Positions 52,679-64,000 of a stretch of DNA of 64,000 bases are shown here, piece after piece. The position numbers and the translations under genes are program-made. Numbering within the stretch: the stretch's first letter is position 1; each line of letters opens with the position of its first letter. The notes under the pieces are model-generated. The model saw nothing but the letters and a program-made list of their open reading frames with translations. It was not told the DNA's origin and made no database searches. Source of the stretch: Octopus sinensis. Taxonomy: Eukaryota. Location of the stretch: the NCBI RefSeq assembly GCF_006345805.1, contig NC_043004.1:55986001-56050000 (forward strand). Direction: 5' to 3'.

Positions 52679-53797
52679 TTAGTCTGCAGATGAAGTTTTT
52701 CCAGCTCTAGTCTTTTCATTGTTGTTGAATGTGGATGTTGTGTGTGGGAATATTTTAATTGGTTGATTTTTTTGTTGAGTCTTTTGATGCGCCTGATGAG
52801 TGTTTTTTTTCTTTTTAGGGAGCCGGTTTCTGTTTGTGTTAGTAGATTTCTTGGGAGCGTGTTTAAAGCATGTATAGGTGACAATGGTTTCAAAGTGCTG
52901 CCACGCGGTCTCAATATGAGGGGAATTGAGAGTAAAAGACCAGTCGATGGAGGACAGATCCTTTCTGATTGTTCCCCAGTCCGCTTTGTGGAAGTTTATG
53001 TTGTCAAATGGGTGCCATGGAGTGGGATTGGCTGGTTTGGTTTTTATATGTCGGGAATTAAGATTGCAGAGTACCATGTCGTGGTCTGAGAGGAGAGTTT
53101 TTTCGACTAAAATGCTGTGAACGTAGCTAGAGTGATTGGTCAATACCAGATCCAAGATCGTTTTATTCTGTCTCGTTGGTTCAAGCACTAGCTGAGTCAG
53201 GAAATACTCATCCATCAGATTAAAGAGCAGTTCTGCTGCTGCCCTATCTGATGTAGAGCACTTGCCTAACTTCGGAGTATTTGTGGGCCAGTTCACATGA
53301 GGGAGGTTAAAATCACCCATCACTAGTATGTTTCCGGAGTGGTACTTCCGAAGGAAGGACTTGACTTTGCTAAGGCACTCTTCAAAGTACTTTAGAGGTG
53401 CTTGGGGAGGCCTGTAAAGACCAACAATGGTTATGTCCTTGGCTTTGTTGTATAGTGATACCGATTCACAGTAGCCATTGGAAAATGTGTCCTTGGCATC
53501 AAGTGAAAAGGAGTCATGGATAAAGATGGCTGCCCCTCCCTTATTTCGGTCTGTGCGATCCGCACGAACAATGGTGAAAACTTTTATTTTCACCTCTGCG
53601 TCCATATGGGTGTTGTTCAGGTGAGTTTCGGTAAGGATAAAGAAAGGGAAGCAATGTGCCATTTCGGCAAGCCAACTCTCTATATATGGGATCTTCCATT
53701 TTTGGGCAATAATTGATGGGTTGATGCCACGTACATTTAACAGGAATGTCGAGGTAAGGGAAGTTGGTAATGGGTGAGTGGTCCTTGTGATTTGCAT
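52679..53797 (-). pseudogene. LINE ORF2 apurinic-like endonuclease domain
   Basis: LLNVRG, ILTETHL, RADR..GGAAIFI, GLYRPP, GDFNLP, PTR...LDLV, SDH. Confidence 0.92.
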
Positions 53798-53890
53798 AGA
53801 TGGTTGGTGATGGCTCGCTGGATCTCCTGGCTTAGGTCGGCCTTCATATTTTCCAGGTATGTCAGTAAAAAAGAGTTACTTGTTTGGTTT

Positions 53891-53925
53891 GATAATAATA
53901 ATAATAATAATAATATAATAATGAT

Positions 53926-53996
<71 letters not shown>

Positions 53997-54006
53997 TAAT
54001 AATAAT

Positions 54007-54079
<73 letters not shown>
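53891..54079. repeat. (AAT)n/(AAC)n array
   Basis: Direct sequence. Confidence 0.95.
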
Positions 54080-54082
<3 letters not shown>

Positions 54083-55317
54083 AGGCAGATGTAGACCGCC
54101 TGTACCTACCTAGAAGCAGCGTGGGGAGAGGAATGATGCAATTAGAGCTGTGCTATAAGACCTCTACTGTAGGAATGAACAGGTACCTATCTAGTACAAA
54201 GGACTGGATGCTGCGACTTGTGTGCGAACACGAAAGCAGCAAAAAGCTGCATTCTATTGTCAAGGAAGCCTATAAGTTCGAAAGGGAACTAGATATTAAC
54301 CTTGAATCAGATGAAGACCCGGAAACAAATGCTACCAAGCAAGCAAAGCGAATCAAGCAGACTGCAAAAAAGAACGGGCAGAATCAAATTGAGAGGCGGT
54401 GGAGCCAGAAGCCCCTGCATGGACAATATATTCTCCGAAGCCAAAATGCTGATGTAGACCAAGCAACAACCCATCAGTGGCTGAAGAGCTCTGGATTGAA
54501 AGCAGAGACTGAAGGCTTCATAATGGCAGCACAAGATCAAAGCTTGTTTACCAGAAATTACCAGGCTAACGTTCTCCGAAATGGTACTGACCCTAAATGC
54601 AGATTCTGCGACACATTTGACGAAACGATAGACCATCCCGTTTCGGGATGTCCTGTGCTGACACCAAACGAATACAAAAATCGCCACGATAGGGTAGGAC
54701 AGTATATACACTGGAAGATATGTAAATACTACAAATTCGACACTACTGCTAACTGGTATGAACACCATCCTCAACCAGTTGTTGAAGGTAAGGATGTCAC
54801 CATCCTCTGGGATTTTCCAGTCAACACTGACAGAACGATCAAGGCTAATCGACCAGACATAATTTTTAAAGACAGGGAAGAAAATACCTGCAGACTAATA
54901 GAGGTAAGCGTCCCCACTGATAAAAATATATCTGTAAAGGAATTTGACAAACATAGTAAATATAAGGACCTGGAAATCGAAATACAAAAGATGTGGAACC
55001 TTAAAACAAAAATGTTCCTGTTATTGTAGGTGCCCCAGGTATGATAAAAAAGGGATGTCAGAAACACCTAGACAATATCCCTGGAGAACTATGTCTCAAG
55101 GAAATCCAAAATATTGTGCTAACAAGTACTGCCCACATCCTTAGAAAAACCCTATCAATGTAAATGTTTGTGTTTGTATTACATCGAGATATTTCTCTAC
55201 TTCCCCTCCCCAAGCTTTCAGCTATATTTCAACAACTCTTAACCTTCACTTGCCCTAGGGCGCTGGGTGTGCCCCGGCAAGTGATTGCATCAAAGATGCA
55301 GATTAAAAGTAAATGAC
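54080..55317 (+). mobile_element. 5'-truncated R4/Dong-like LINE (post-RT region, CCHC knuckle, RLE, 3'UTR)
   Basis: KADVDRLYLPR..GRG, AAQDQ, CRFC...TIDH..SGC, RHDRVG, RPDII, IEVSVP; (AAT)n on both sides. Confidence 0.92.
54121..55029 (+). pseudogene. R4/Dong-like ORF C-terminal 302 aa
   Basis: ORF track translation with zinc-knuckle and PD-(D/E)xK RLE motifs. Confidence 0.88.
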
Positions 55318-55360
55318 AATAATAATAATATTAATAATAATAATAACAATAATAATAATA

Positions 55361-55508
55361 ACATCGAAAAATACCTAAGGCACGAGAACCCAGGTTCAAA
55401 ATTTCCCCAAGACACCTGATGAAGGCTGGAGGGTATATCAGCCGAAACGTTGTGTTAACAACAAACAAGATGAGGATAAATATCCTCAAATGTAAATAAT
55501 GTAAATAA
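55361..55508 (+). mobile_element. Hammerhead-bearing short repeat (3' module)
   Basis: Starts after (AAT)n; contains the HHR and a tail shared with 49815-49893. Confidence 0.7.
55411..55456 (+). ncRNA. Minimal type-I hammerhead ribozyme
   Basis: GACAC-CTGATGA-A-GGCTG-10nt-CAGCC-GAAAC-GT-T-GTGTT: canonical core, 5-bp stem II, ACGT palindromic stem III, stem I GACAC/GTGTT. Confidence 0.8.
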
Positions 55509-56144
55509 AGGAGTAGTACGGTTGTTGTGATGGTGGTGGTAGTTATCGTCCTTGTTATTGTTGTTTTTATTATTGGCATTATGACCCGTCCAACGCACGA
55601 ATTGATTTCAAGAATCTCGCAAACCAAATGCAAATACGATATATATATATATATACATATATATATAATAAAATAGGGTAATAATAAATTATTATTAGCA
55701 GTGGCCTAGCCCCAAAAACGAATTAGTCATTAGACTATATATTATTCATAAAGAAATACAATAAGAAGCTTCCAAATAGGGAAGCGTTGTGCTAGAACAC
55801 AAAAATTTGATCGTAAATTTTTTACCGGCATCCTCTCTGTCGCCGGGTATGATTTGCGTCTGCGCAGAGGTTTGAAAAGTTAGGATATACAAACCGTTAG
55901 ATCTACATGTGGATCTAGCGGTCTGTGCATCAGGATTATTAAGGCTGTCCCACTGAAGAAACTTGCCTTGGCAAATATATTTTGTTTGTTTGCTGGAAAT
56001 AGTTAGAAACCGTCGGTCTGGGAAATAGTTGAGATGGTAAATGTTTTTAATTTTCATTCCTTTCATGAATTCATCCCTTTTTGTGTTCTAGCACAACGCT
56101 TCCCTATTTGGAAGCCTTTTATTGTATTTCTATACATATATATA

Positions 56145-56290
56145 CCTTCTTTCTTCTATCAAATTCACTCACAAGGCTTTTGTCGACTCGAGGCTATAGC
56201 ACAAGATACTCGCCCAAAATTCCACGCAGTGGGATTGAATCTGGAACCACGTGGTTGGGAAGTAAGCTTCAGCCACACCTGCGCATATAT
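56145..56290 (-). mobile_element. SINE family A 5' half
   Basis: CTCACAAGGCTTT...GAACCACGTGGTTGGGAAG. Confidence 0.7.
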
Positions 56291-56794
56291 ATATATATAT
56301 ATATATACAGAAAGACACACACATATACACACACATATACAAACACAAACACACTCACACACACATATGTACATACGTATATGTATACAGATATATGCGT
56401 ATATACACAGGCGTATATGGAAAATGCATTTATACAAAGTATACCTTGTAAGCGTGTACACACACACACACACACGCACACATACTCTTACAAACACACA
56501 TGAGAACTACATATGCATACACACATACACACAAATGTACATCCACGTGCACTCACACACGCATAATCAAACATTGAAGGCCAGCGCGGACTGGAATGAC
56601 AAAATTACATTCAACTGACAAAAACAATTTCTATTTCACTCCGGTGTCATTAATCTCACTCAATATATTGATATTTACATAAACACACACACAAACACAC
56701 ACACACACACACACACACACATGCCCCACTTTTCAGTGTTACCTAATGTGTGTTTTCCTTTTCTTGTATGTGTTTGTAAATGAGCCTGTATTAT

Positions 56795-57045
56795 GTATGT
56801 GTGCATGCATGTATGTATGTATGTATGTATGTATGTATGTATGCATGCATGCATGCATGCATGCATGTATGTATGTATGTATGTATGTATGTATGTATGT
56901 ATGTATGCATGCATGCATGCATGCATGCATGTATGTATGTATGTATGTATGTATGTATGTATGTATGTATGTATGCATGCATGCATGCATGCATGCATGC
57001 ATGTATGTATGTATGTATGTATGTATGTATGTATGTATGTATTAT
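56795..57045. repeat. Alternating (TATG)n/(CATG)n compound array
   Basis: Direct sequence. Confidence 0.95.
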
Positions 57046-57230
57046 ATATGCATGTTTGCATGTATCTGTATGCGCGACAAAAGCTTTGCCGGTCACATTT
57101 CACTATCATCTTAGGTTTGGCGTATATATTTTTTCTCTGTGTGTACATATATGTATATTTTGTTATATTATGTCACGTCATGTATGTATTTATGTATGTA
57201 TATATGTTTGCATGTATATGTATACACACA

Positions 57231-57298
<68 letters not shown>

Positions 57299-57393
57299 CA
57301 TATATATATGTGTATAAATATGTGTATACATATATATATATATATTATATATATATATATATACACATATATGTTCATATATATACACATGTT

Positions 57394-57427
<34 letters not shown>

Positions 57428-58687
57428 ATATATATAAACACACACATTGATACAAACACACACACACGCACATACACACATACACATGTATCTGCATACG
57501 CGAAAGCTTATATACACATATATGCGTAAGTTTACATACATGGATGGACACGTGTGTGAATATATATATGTATGTGTATGTGTGTGTATGTGTATGTGTG
57601 TGTATGTGTATGTGTGTGTATGTGTGTGAATGTAAAAGAGTAGACCGAGTGAATACGCTGGTGCGCCAGGAAATCAATCATGTTAACATTTATATTGTGT
57701 CGGCATGGCCACTGACACGAACATTAATTAATTTTCGTGTTGTCACATTCATGTAACACCTCAGGGATTTTTGCCAATAATCTGCAAAATTCCCTTCGGA
57801 GTAGAAAATCTGCCCTCAATCTTTTACGCTATTCATCTATTCTGAGCAACCCATTTATACAGCTTATGAAATGGACTCTGAACGATTACGAATTAGTATT
57901 AAGTTTATCCCTCAGTTCAACACGGAATAGAAATATAATTTCTAACCGATGTCTCGTCTCCACTATTTTAATGCAAATATTACACGCGTTCACTTCGTAG
58001 CACATCACGTATACAATCTCTATCTATAGCTCTTTCCAACACTTTTAGATATATATCTTTATCATTTGCATGCACGCAAAAACGAATATGCATACACATG
58101 CTACAGACGCATACACGGAAGCTTTACCAACGTTCAGAAAAACACACATTGACTCTGATACATGTTAGATTAATTGGCAAGCGAGATGCTGTGTAAATAT
58201 TTGATTACCACATGCAGAGTAAGATGTAAGTTGATAAGCAGTCAAGGCGGCGTGGTTCGGTTTCTATTTCCTCCGTTGCAACTTCTTGATGGTGCACTTG
58301 AGAAAGGTGTCAGCAGCATAATATTCATTCATTCCTTTATTATAAAATCTTTCATTGTTAGCCTATAAAGAAATCTCTGAGATGTTGTTAAATGGCTGTA
58401 GTTTGTCAGGTGTAGGAAATATGTTGGCAGAGGGTTGATTCCTTGGCGCCAACGTAGTGAGAAAGACAATAGGAAGAAGTGGATGGTTAGTCTGGGGCTT
58501 ATGGGAGGGTAGTATGTTGTAGTTTTAACTGAAGTCTACTATGATCACCCAAGCTAATGACCCTAGACCCACCCATCAGTGCGGAGCCAAAGCTGGGAGA
58601 AGAATGAGATGAGAGTGTTTGAATGGAAGTGGCAAATAGCCAATGCACGGAATAGTGGATACTGTAGTGTCTTTAGAAAAAGCAGAG

Positions 58688-58888
58688 CAGTGGTTTTCAA
58701 CCAGGGTTCCGCCAGTACAGTCCAGGGGTTCCGCAAGAATTTACAAAACTGCTAAAATCGGCAGTAATTTTTAATTCTCCTGTGCAGATATGTGTGCACA
58801 AGACTATTAAATTATTGGACAGGGGTTCCTCGAGCCAGGGGAATGTTTCCTTGGGGTTCCGCTCCAGCAAAAAGTTTGAAAAGCACTG
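58688..58888. mobile_element. hAT MITE (sister of 34077-34296)
   Basis: Same TIRs; perfect TSD AAGCAGAG; short deletion between two GGTTCCGC repeats. Confidence 0.92.
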
Positions 58889-60594
58889 AAGCAGAGAGAG
58901 GAGGTAATTTGTTTAGGCTAGCAGCTTGAGCATTTTGGTGAGTGACTCTCTGCCAATCAATCGTGTATCTATTCTTTGGATATGATCAAGGATGTCTTTA
59001 TGCACTGCAGAAGTACCGTCTTACAAGTGGAAGTCTACTATGATCACCCAAGCTAATGACCCTAGTTATTCAAGGCAGGTCTGACTTAATCACCTTAATG
59101 GGTTCGTAGTCTTGAGGTTTGTGTGTGGGGAATGTTTCTATTTTCTTAGATCTTTTGTTGAGGCTAAAGCAATTAAATCGTAGAAATGTCATAACAGTCA
59201 TTAAAATACACACACTCAAACAAAAACAAAAAAAAAGAGAAAATCGGTTGCAGTCAGTTTTGAGATAGTATCATATACAATAAAGTGTGAACAAATTTTC
59301 TTGTAGATCTACTAGCTACTTAGTGATACTAAAATCAATATTTTAATAGCTGTTGCCCGGCATTTTACCATCACTTACATTTGTACTCAAATCTGAAACA
59401 AGCATTTCGTTATAATTGTCCTTGTCTAGCTTCAGGTCATCTCAGGTCGACTAGACATAAAGTCATTTCGGGACTTATCATCAATATGCTCTGTTTTTTT
59501 TCATGATAGTGGCGTGCAATTTAAGAATGAGTTTTGCTGCTATTTGTATCATCAAAAATTATCTATTTAGTTATTTTAACCGAGCATTACAAAACGTTTG
59601 ATATGTGTTCGTGATGTCACATATAATAAATATGTGTGTTACCCATAACAAACAAAAATATTCTTTACACCCCTTTTCTCTTCTAAAACTAATTTTTTTT
59701 CTTTTTTATATTATTTAGAGTAAAGACAGTATGTATGACCTTCTCAACAATTCAGAAGACCAGGAAGCTGTCATCATCTAGCTTGCTCAATCTGGAGGAT
59801 GTGGAAGGCATGAGCGAAGAGGGGATTCCAGGGGTCGGAACTCCGGGGACAGGGACTGGGAGGAGTAGTTATTGAGTGCTTGTGACCACCACAAGGTCAT
59901 TCCTTGCTGCATTCTGGTGGCTTTTGTGCCTCAGTGACCCCGAGAACCATGTCACTAGAGTGCAAGCACTTAGTAGGACCTCCTATATTGGACAAGTTAA
60001 AGGATAGGGTCCATACTAATATGTATCACTTCTTCCAAGAGGTAAAATGAGTTTGTATAGGGCCATCACCCCTACATAGTTGCAGAAGCATCGATAACTA
60101 TTCAAAAACTAACAAGACTTGAGAGAGGCAGTTCTACCCCTAAGGAAACACACGAGGCCGTGCTGCAAAATCCGAAAGACAGAGCTGAAAAAAAACAAAA
60201 CAAAACATAGCAAAACAAAAACAGAGATCGTACTGGAGGGAAGGAGAAAAATACAGCTCAGAGTTCAGAACAGCAGACAAAAGACGTCGATGACCTGGGC
60301 TTCATAAAGAACGAAGAACTTGATGTAAAATACCCTGAAACTTTCGCAGCATGTGTGTTATTCTGAGACAATTTTTCTATGCCTAATGAAACTAATAACG
60401 CAAGACTTTATGTTATTTATTTAAGAGTGTAGGATTTGGTTGTTTGGAGATTTGTTTACTATATGTAACAGATCAAGACAGCACGCAGAGGTTTCCTCAT
60501 TAGCACTAAGTTATGCGTTTGTTCTATGTGTACTGTGTGTAAGCTGTGTATGTGCGTATATGTGTTGGACATCTCGGTATGCGTAAATCGGTGT

Positions 60595-60930
<336 letters not shown>

Positions 60931-61559
60931 TCAGCGTGTGATAATATCCGTGTCAAAACATCGAGTACTTGTTCATTATATGTGGTTTAGGTGTATTCAA
61001 GTTCTGGAATGTTAAGATTTATCGTCTAGAAAGCTCATTAGCAAATGTCTTTCACGCACGCTCAAACATATACTCATGTCAAAACACTTAAACAAACAGT
61101 ATACAACGTAACTATATAATATAAATCATTGTACATTATGTCTTCAAAGTATGTCTAGTAACTCGCACACTCAAACATACACATACACACGCGCGCGCAT
61201 AACGACACAAACACAGACACGCACAGAAGCAGAAACAAACAGAAAACACAAGTATAAAGTATATTACGTTAAGTATAGTACGTTAAGTGCTAAAAGTATG
61301 TCTGAGGCTGACATATAATTTATAGAAGCAATAATGTTAAAAGAAACTATAAAGAAAATATTATCACAACAGATGGCTTTTACTAGAAATATCTGGAGAC
61401 TATCGGTCAGTGTGGTTCTGGTCTCCAGTTCAGTCGTTCTAACCTGTTGAATAGCTAATAAGTTTTATAATAGAATTCTTGTTTCGAATTTTTAGCAGTA
61501 TCGTAAGATGGAGGTTTCATGAAGAAAAAAAGGAACAGGTAAAAATAAATATACATACA

Positions 61560-61975
61560 TAGGCGCAGGAGTGGCTGCATGGTAAGTAGCTTGTTTACCA
61601 ACCACATGGTTCTGGGTTCAGTCCCACTGCGTGGCACCTTGGGCAAGTTTCTTCTACTATAGCCTCGGGCCAACCAAAGCCTTGTGAATGGATTTGGTAG
61701 ACGGAAACTGAAAGAAGCCCGTCGAATATATGTATGTATATATATATGTGTGTGTGTGTTTGTGTGTGTGTGTTTGTCCCCCTAGCATTGCTTGACAACC
61801 GATGCTGGTGTGTTTATGTCCCCGTTACTTAGCGGTTCGGCAAAAGAGACCGATAGGATAAGTACTGGGCTTACAAAAGAATAAGTCCCGGGGTCGAGTT
61901 GCTCGATTAAGGGCTGTGCCCTAACATGGCCGCAGTCAAATGACTGAAACAAGTAAAAGAGTAAAAGAGAAAAGA
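61560..61975 (+). mobile_element. SINE family A, full length
   Basis: Matches 21173-21600. Confidence 0.9.
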
Positions 61976-62288
61976 GAGAGTATACATGTGCACACACACA
62001 CACACACACGCACGCACGCACACTAATGTTTGTTCAATAAAGCAGCTCCGTTAGAAAGGGGAAATTTCTTTGACCGCTTGGCTGGACAGGAAGCAGGTGG
62101 AGCCTCCTAGTCTGGCGGCTAGTTCTAAAGGAACTGCAGTTGCTGAGCAACTGATATTCTTTGACAACATCATGTGACAGGTCTTGACCAATAGCAGCCT
62201 GTCTTCCGATTGTCATCTTGGACTTCCTGTATCTCTCCAATCGACAATCCAAAGCCTGAAAGAGACGAACTAGTTAGTGTTAAGGGCC

Positions 62289-63216
62289 TGTGGGATTGTA
62301 CGTCGCATGAAATTGAGTCAAACTGTTTTGAATTGTATATATGTATATATAGATGGCAGTGCGGGCGAAGATCGATGGACAATGGCGAAGGGAGATAATC
62401 ACCATAGCGTTTTACCCTTGAAAACGAGTCTTTTCTCCTTCCATATTTTGAAGAGGTCTCAGGCCAGCAGTGTTTGGAGTCTAAAGATACGTCGTAAGAA
62501 ACTCAGGGTAACCCCATAAACCGGCCTAACCCGCTACTCTCTGTTTGTCTCTCTCTCTCTCTCATTTTTACTTTCTCTCTATTCATCTTCTCTTTCCTCT
62601 GATCCTTTGGTCTAGTCTTCCACTACCCTCCTATTTCTTTGTCTCGCTCTGCACTCACAGGTCATTCTTCGACACCCATCCCTTCTCCTCTCTGATTCCT
62701 TCTTTCTCTTCTCTCTCTTTGTTGCGTTTTGTCCCCCTTTTCTCTCTCTCTCTTCTCTGTCACGTGACTGTTGGCCGAAATCTGCCTTTCAGCTCCTGAC
62801 CCTCGTCGTGTTAACATCGTTGTTCTTCGTCCGCCGCTATAAAGGCTTTTTCCAATGCGCCAGAGAAAAAATTTGTTTGCTTGTTATCAGTCGTAAGACA
62901 CTTGTTGTTCTCACCGTTAATGCTTCTGTATTTCATGTTTCTGTATTCCATTATTGTTTTTTGTTTTTTCTATATCTGTCCCTTTTGCTGTCCTGGTGTT
63001 CGTATGCATTCGATCCTTCTTCCAGGAAATCTACGCTTCCAGCTTAGTTTTTCTTGGAGGGCTGGCCGTGATCTAGTAATCTCAAGATTAATCAGCCGAA
63101 ATTACTACGATGATCCGGTTCTTGACTGAAGACTGAGGGGTTCGAATGTCCTGTCCATGTTTATTGTATCGTCTTCTATGAGTTATACGTTCTTGTCCAT
63201 GTTGTATTTTTCTACA
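62289..63216 (+). mobile_element. Putative solo-LTR-like repeat
   Basis: TG...CA ends, CT-rich interior, and a core shared with the 717-bp unit; no TSD found. Confidence 0.35.
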
Positions 63217-63284
63217 TACCTTAATATATATATATATATATATATACATGTACGCGCGCGTGTTTATATATATAAATGTGTACA

Positions 63285-63660
63285 TAGGAGCAGGCGTTGA
63301 CGCTTGGACAAATGTCTTCTGCTTTTGGCTTCGGGCCAACCAAGACCTTGTGAGTGGGTTTGGTAGAGGCTAACTGAAAGAAGCCCGTCGTATATATGTA
63401 TAAGTGTGTGTGTGTGTGTGTATGTGTGTGTGCGTGTGTTTCATTGTGTCTGTGTTTGTCCCTCACCACCGCTTGACAACCGGTGTAAGTGTGTTTATGC
63501 CCCTGTAACTTGGCGGCGGCTTAGCACAAGTGACCGATAGAATAAGTACCAGGTTTTAGACAATAAGTACTACCGTCGATACATTCGACTGAAAATTCTT
63601 CAGGGCTGTGCACCAGCATGGCCGCAGTCTAATGGCTGAAACAAATAAAAGATGAAAGAT
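63285..63660 (+). mobile_element. SINE family A (diverged)
   Basis: Family motifs. Confidence 0.75.
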
Positions 63661-63689
63661 AAAAAATAAAACTTACATGTATATACAGG

Positions 63690-63850
63690 CATAGGCATGG
63701 CTATGTGGTAAGAAGCTTGCTTCCCAACCATATTGTTCTGGTTTCAGTCCCACTGCATGACACCTTGGGAAATTGTGTTTTACTATAACCTCGGGCCAAC
63801 CAAAGTCAAGTGAGTGGATTTGGTAAACTGAAACTGAAAGAAGCCCGCGG
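63690..63850 (+). mobile_element. SINE family A 5' half
   Basis: Family motifs. Confidence 0.75.
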
Positions 63851-64000
63851 TATATATATATGAAATTAATAATAAAAAAATGGAGAAAACACAGGGAAAA
63901 AACAACAACGCGAGGGCATGGTACATGCAAAGTATTTATAAGACGCTCAGGGAAGGAAAGAAAGGGTTTTTACATTTCGAGCAGAGCTCTTCATGAGAAA

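Larger units (their letters stand above)
50691..53895 (-). mobile_element. CR1/L2-group LINE (APE + RT), 5'-truncated near the ORF2 start
   Basis: APE and RT ORFs; 3' hairpin GACCA-ATCTC-TGGTC; tail (ATCTAAGTTT)2; candidate TSD TGATAA at 50691-50696 and 53890-53895. Confidence 0.92.

Noticed and set aside
63058-63155. HDV-like ribozyme (GGCTGGC start, CGAATG end)
   Set aside because: No P2/P3 pairing or L3 motif was found in the required order.

Overview
This is repeat-dense, AT-rich eukaryotic DNA, very probably an octopus intron or intergenic region (inferred from the SINE families and microsatellite load). No host protein-coding gene could be recognised, and most ORFs in the track are microsatellite or minisatellite artefacts. 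The real coding content is all transposon-derived: (1) a recent Penelope-like element (RT + GIY-YIG, minus strand, 8.7-12.2 kb) with ~1 kb outward-facing inverted arms; (2) a near-complete APE+RT CR1/L2-group LINE ORF2; (3) several R4/Dong-like restriction-like-endonuclease LINE 3' fragments in (AAT)n; (4) an ORF1-only CCHC element; (5) a decayed mariner. There are also hAT MITEs with 8-bp TSDs, Helitron-like non-autonomous elements, four tRNA-derived SINE families, a 4.5 kb 39-bp minisatellite, and 1.17 kb and 717-bp tandem duplications. The main hidden signal is a set of minimal type-I hammerhead ribozyme (HHR) motifs with palindromic stem III in at least three distinct families, plus two degenerate candidates. 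They occur in both Penelope arms, in a non-coding ~1.8 kb inverted mini-element at 44.9-46.7 kb, and in a tail at 55.4 kb. That tail may be the 3' half of a tRNA-headed, ribozyme-tailed SINE split by ~5.4 kb of nested insertions into its internal (AAT)n linker. All structures were read by eye; no folding or database search was run.
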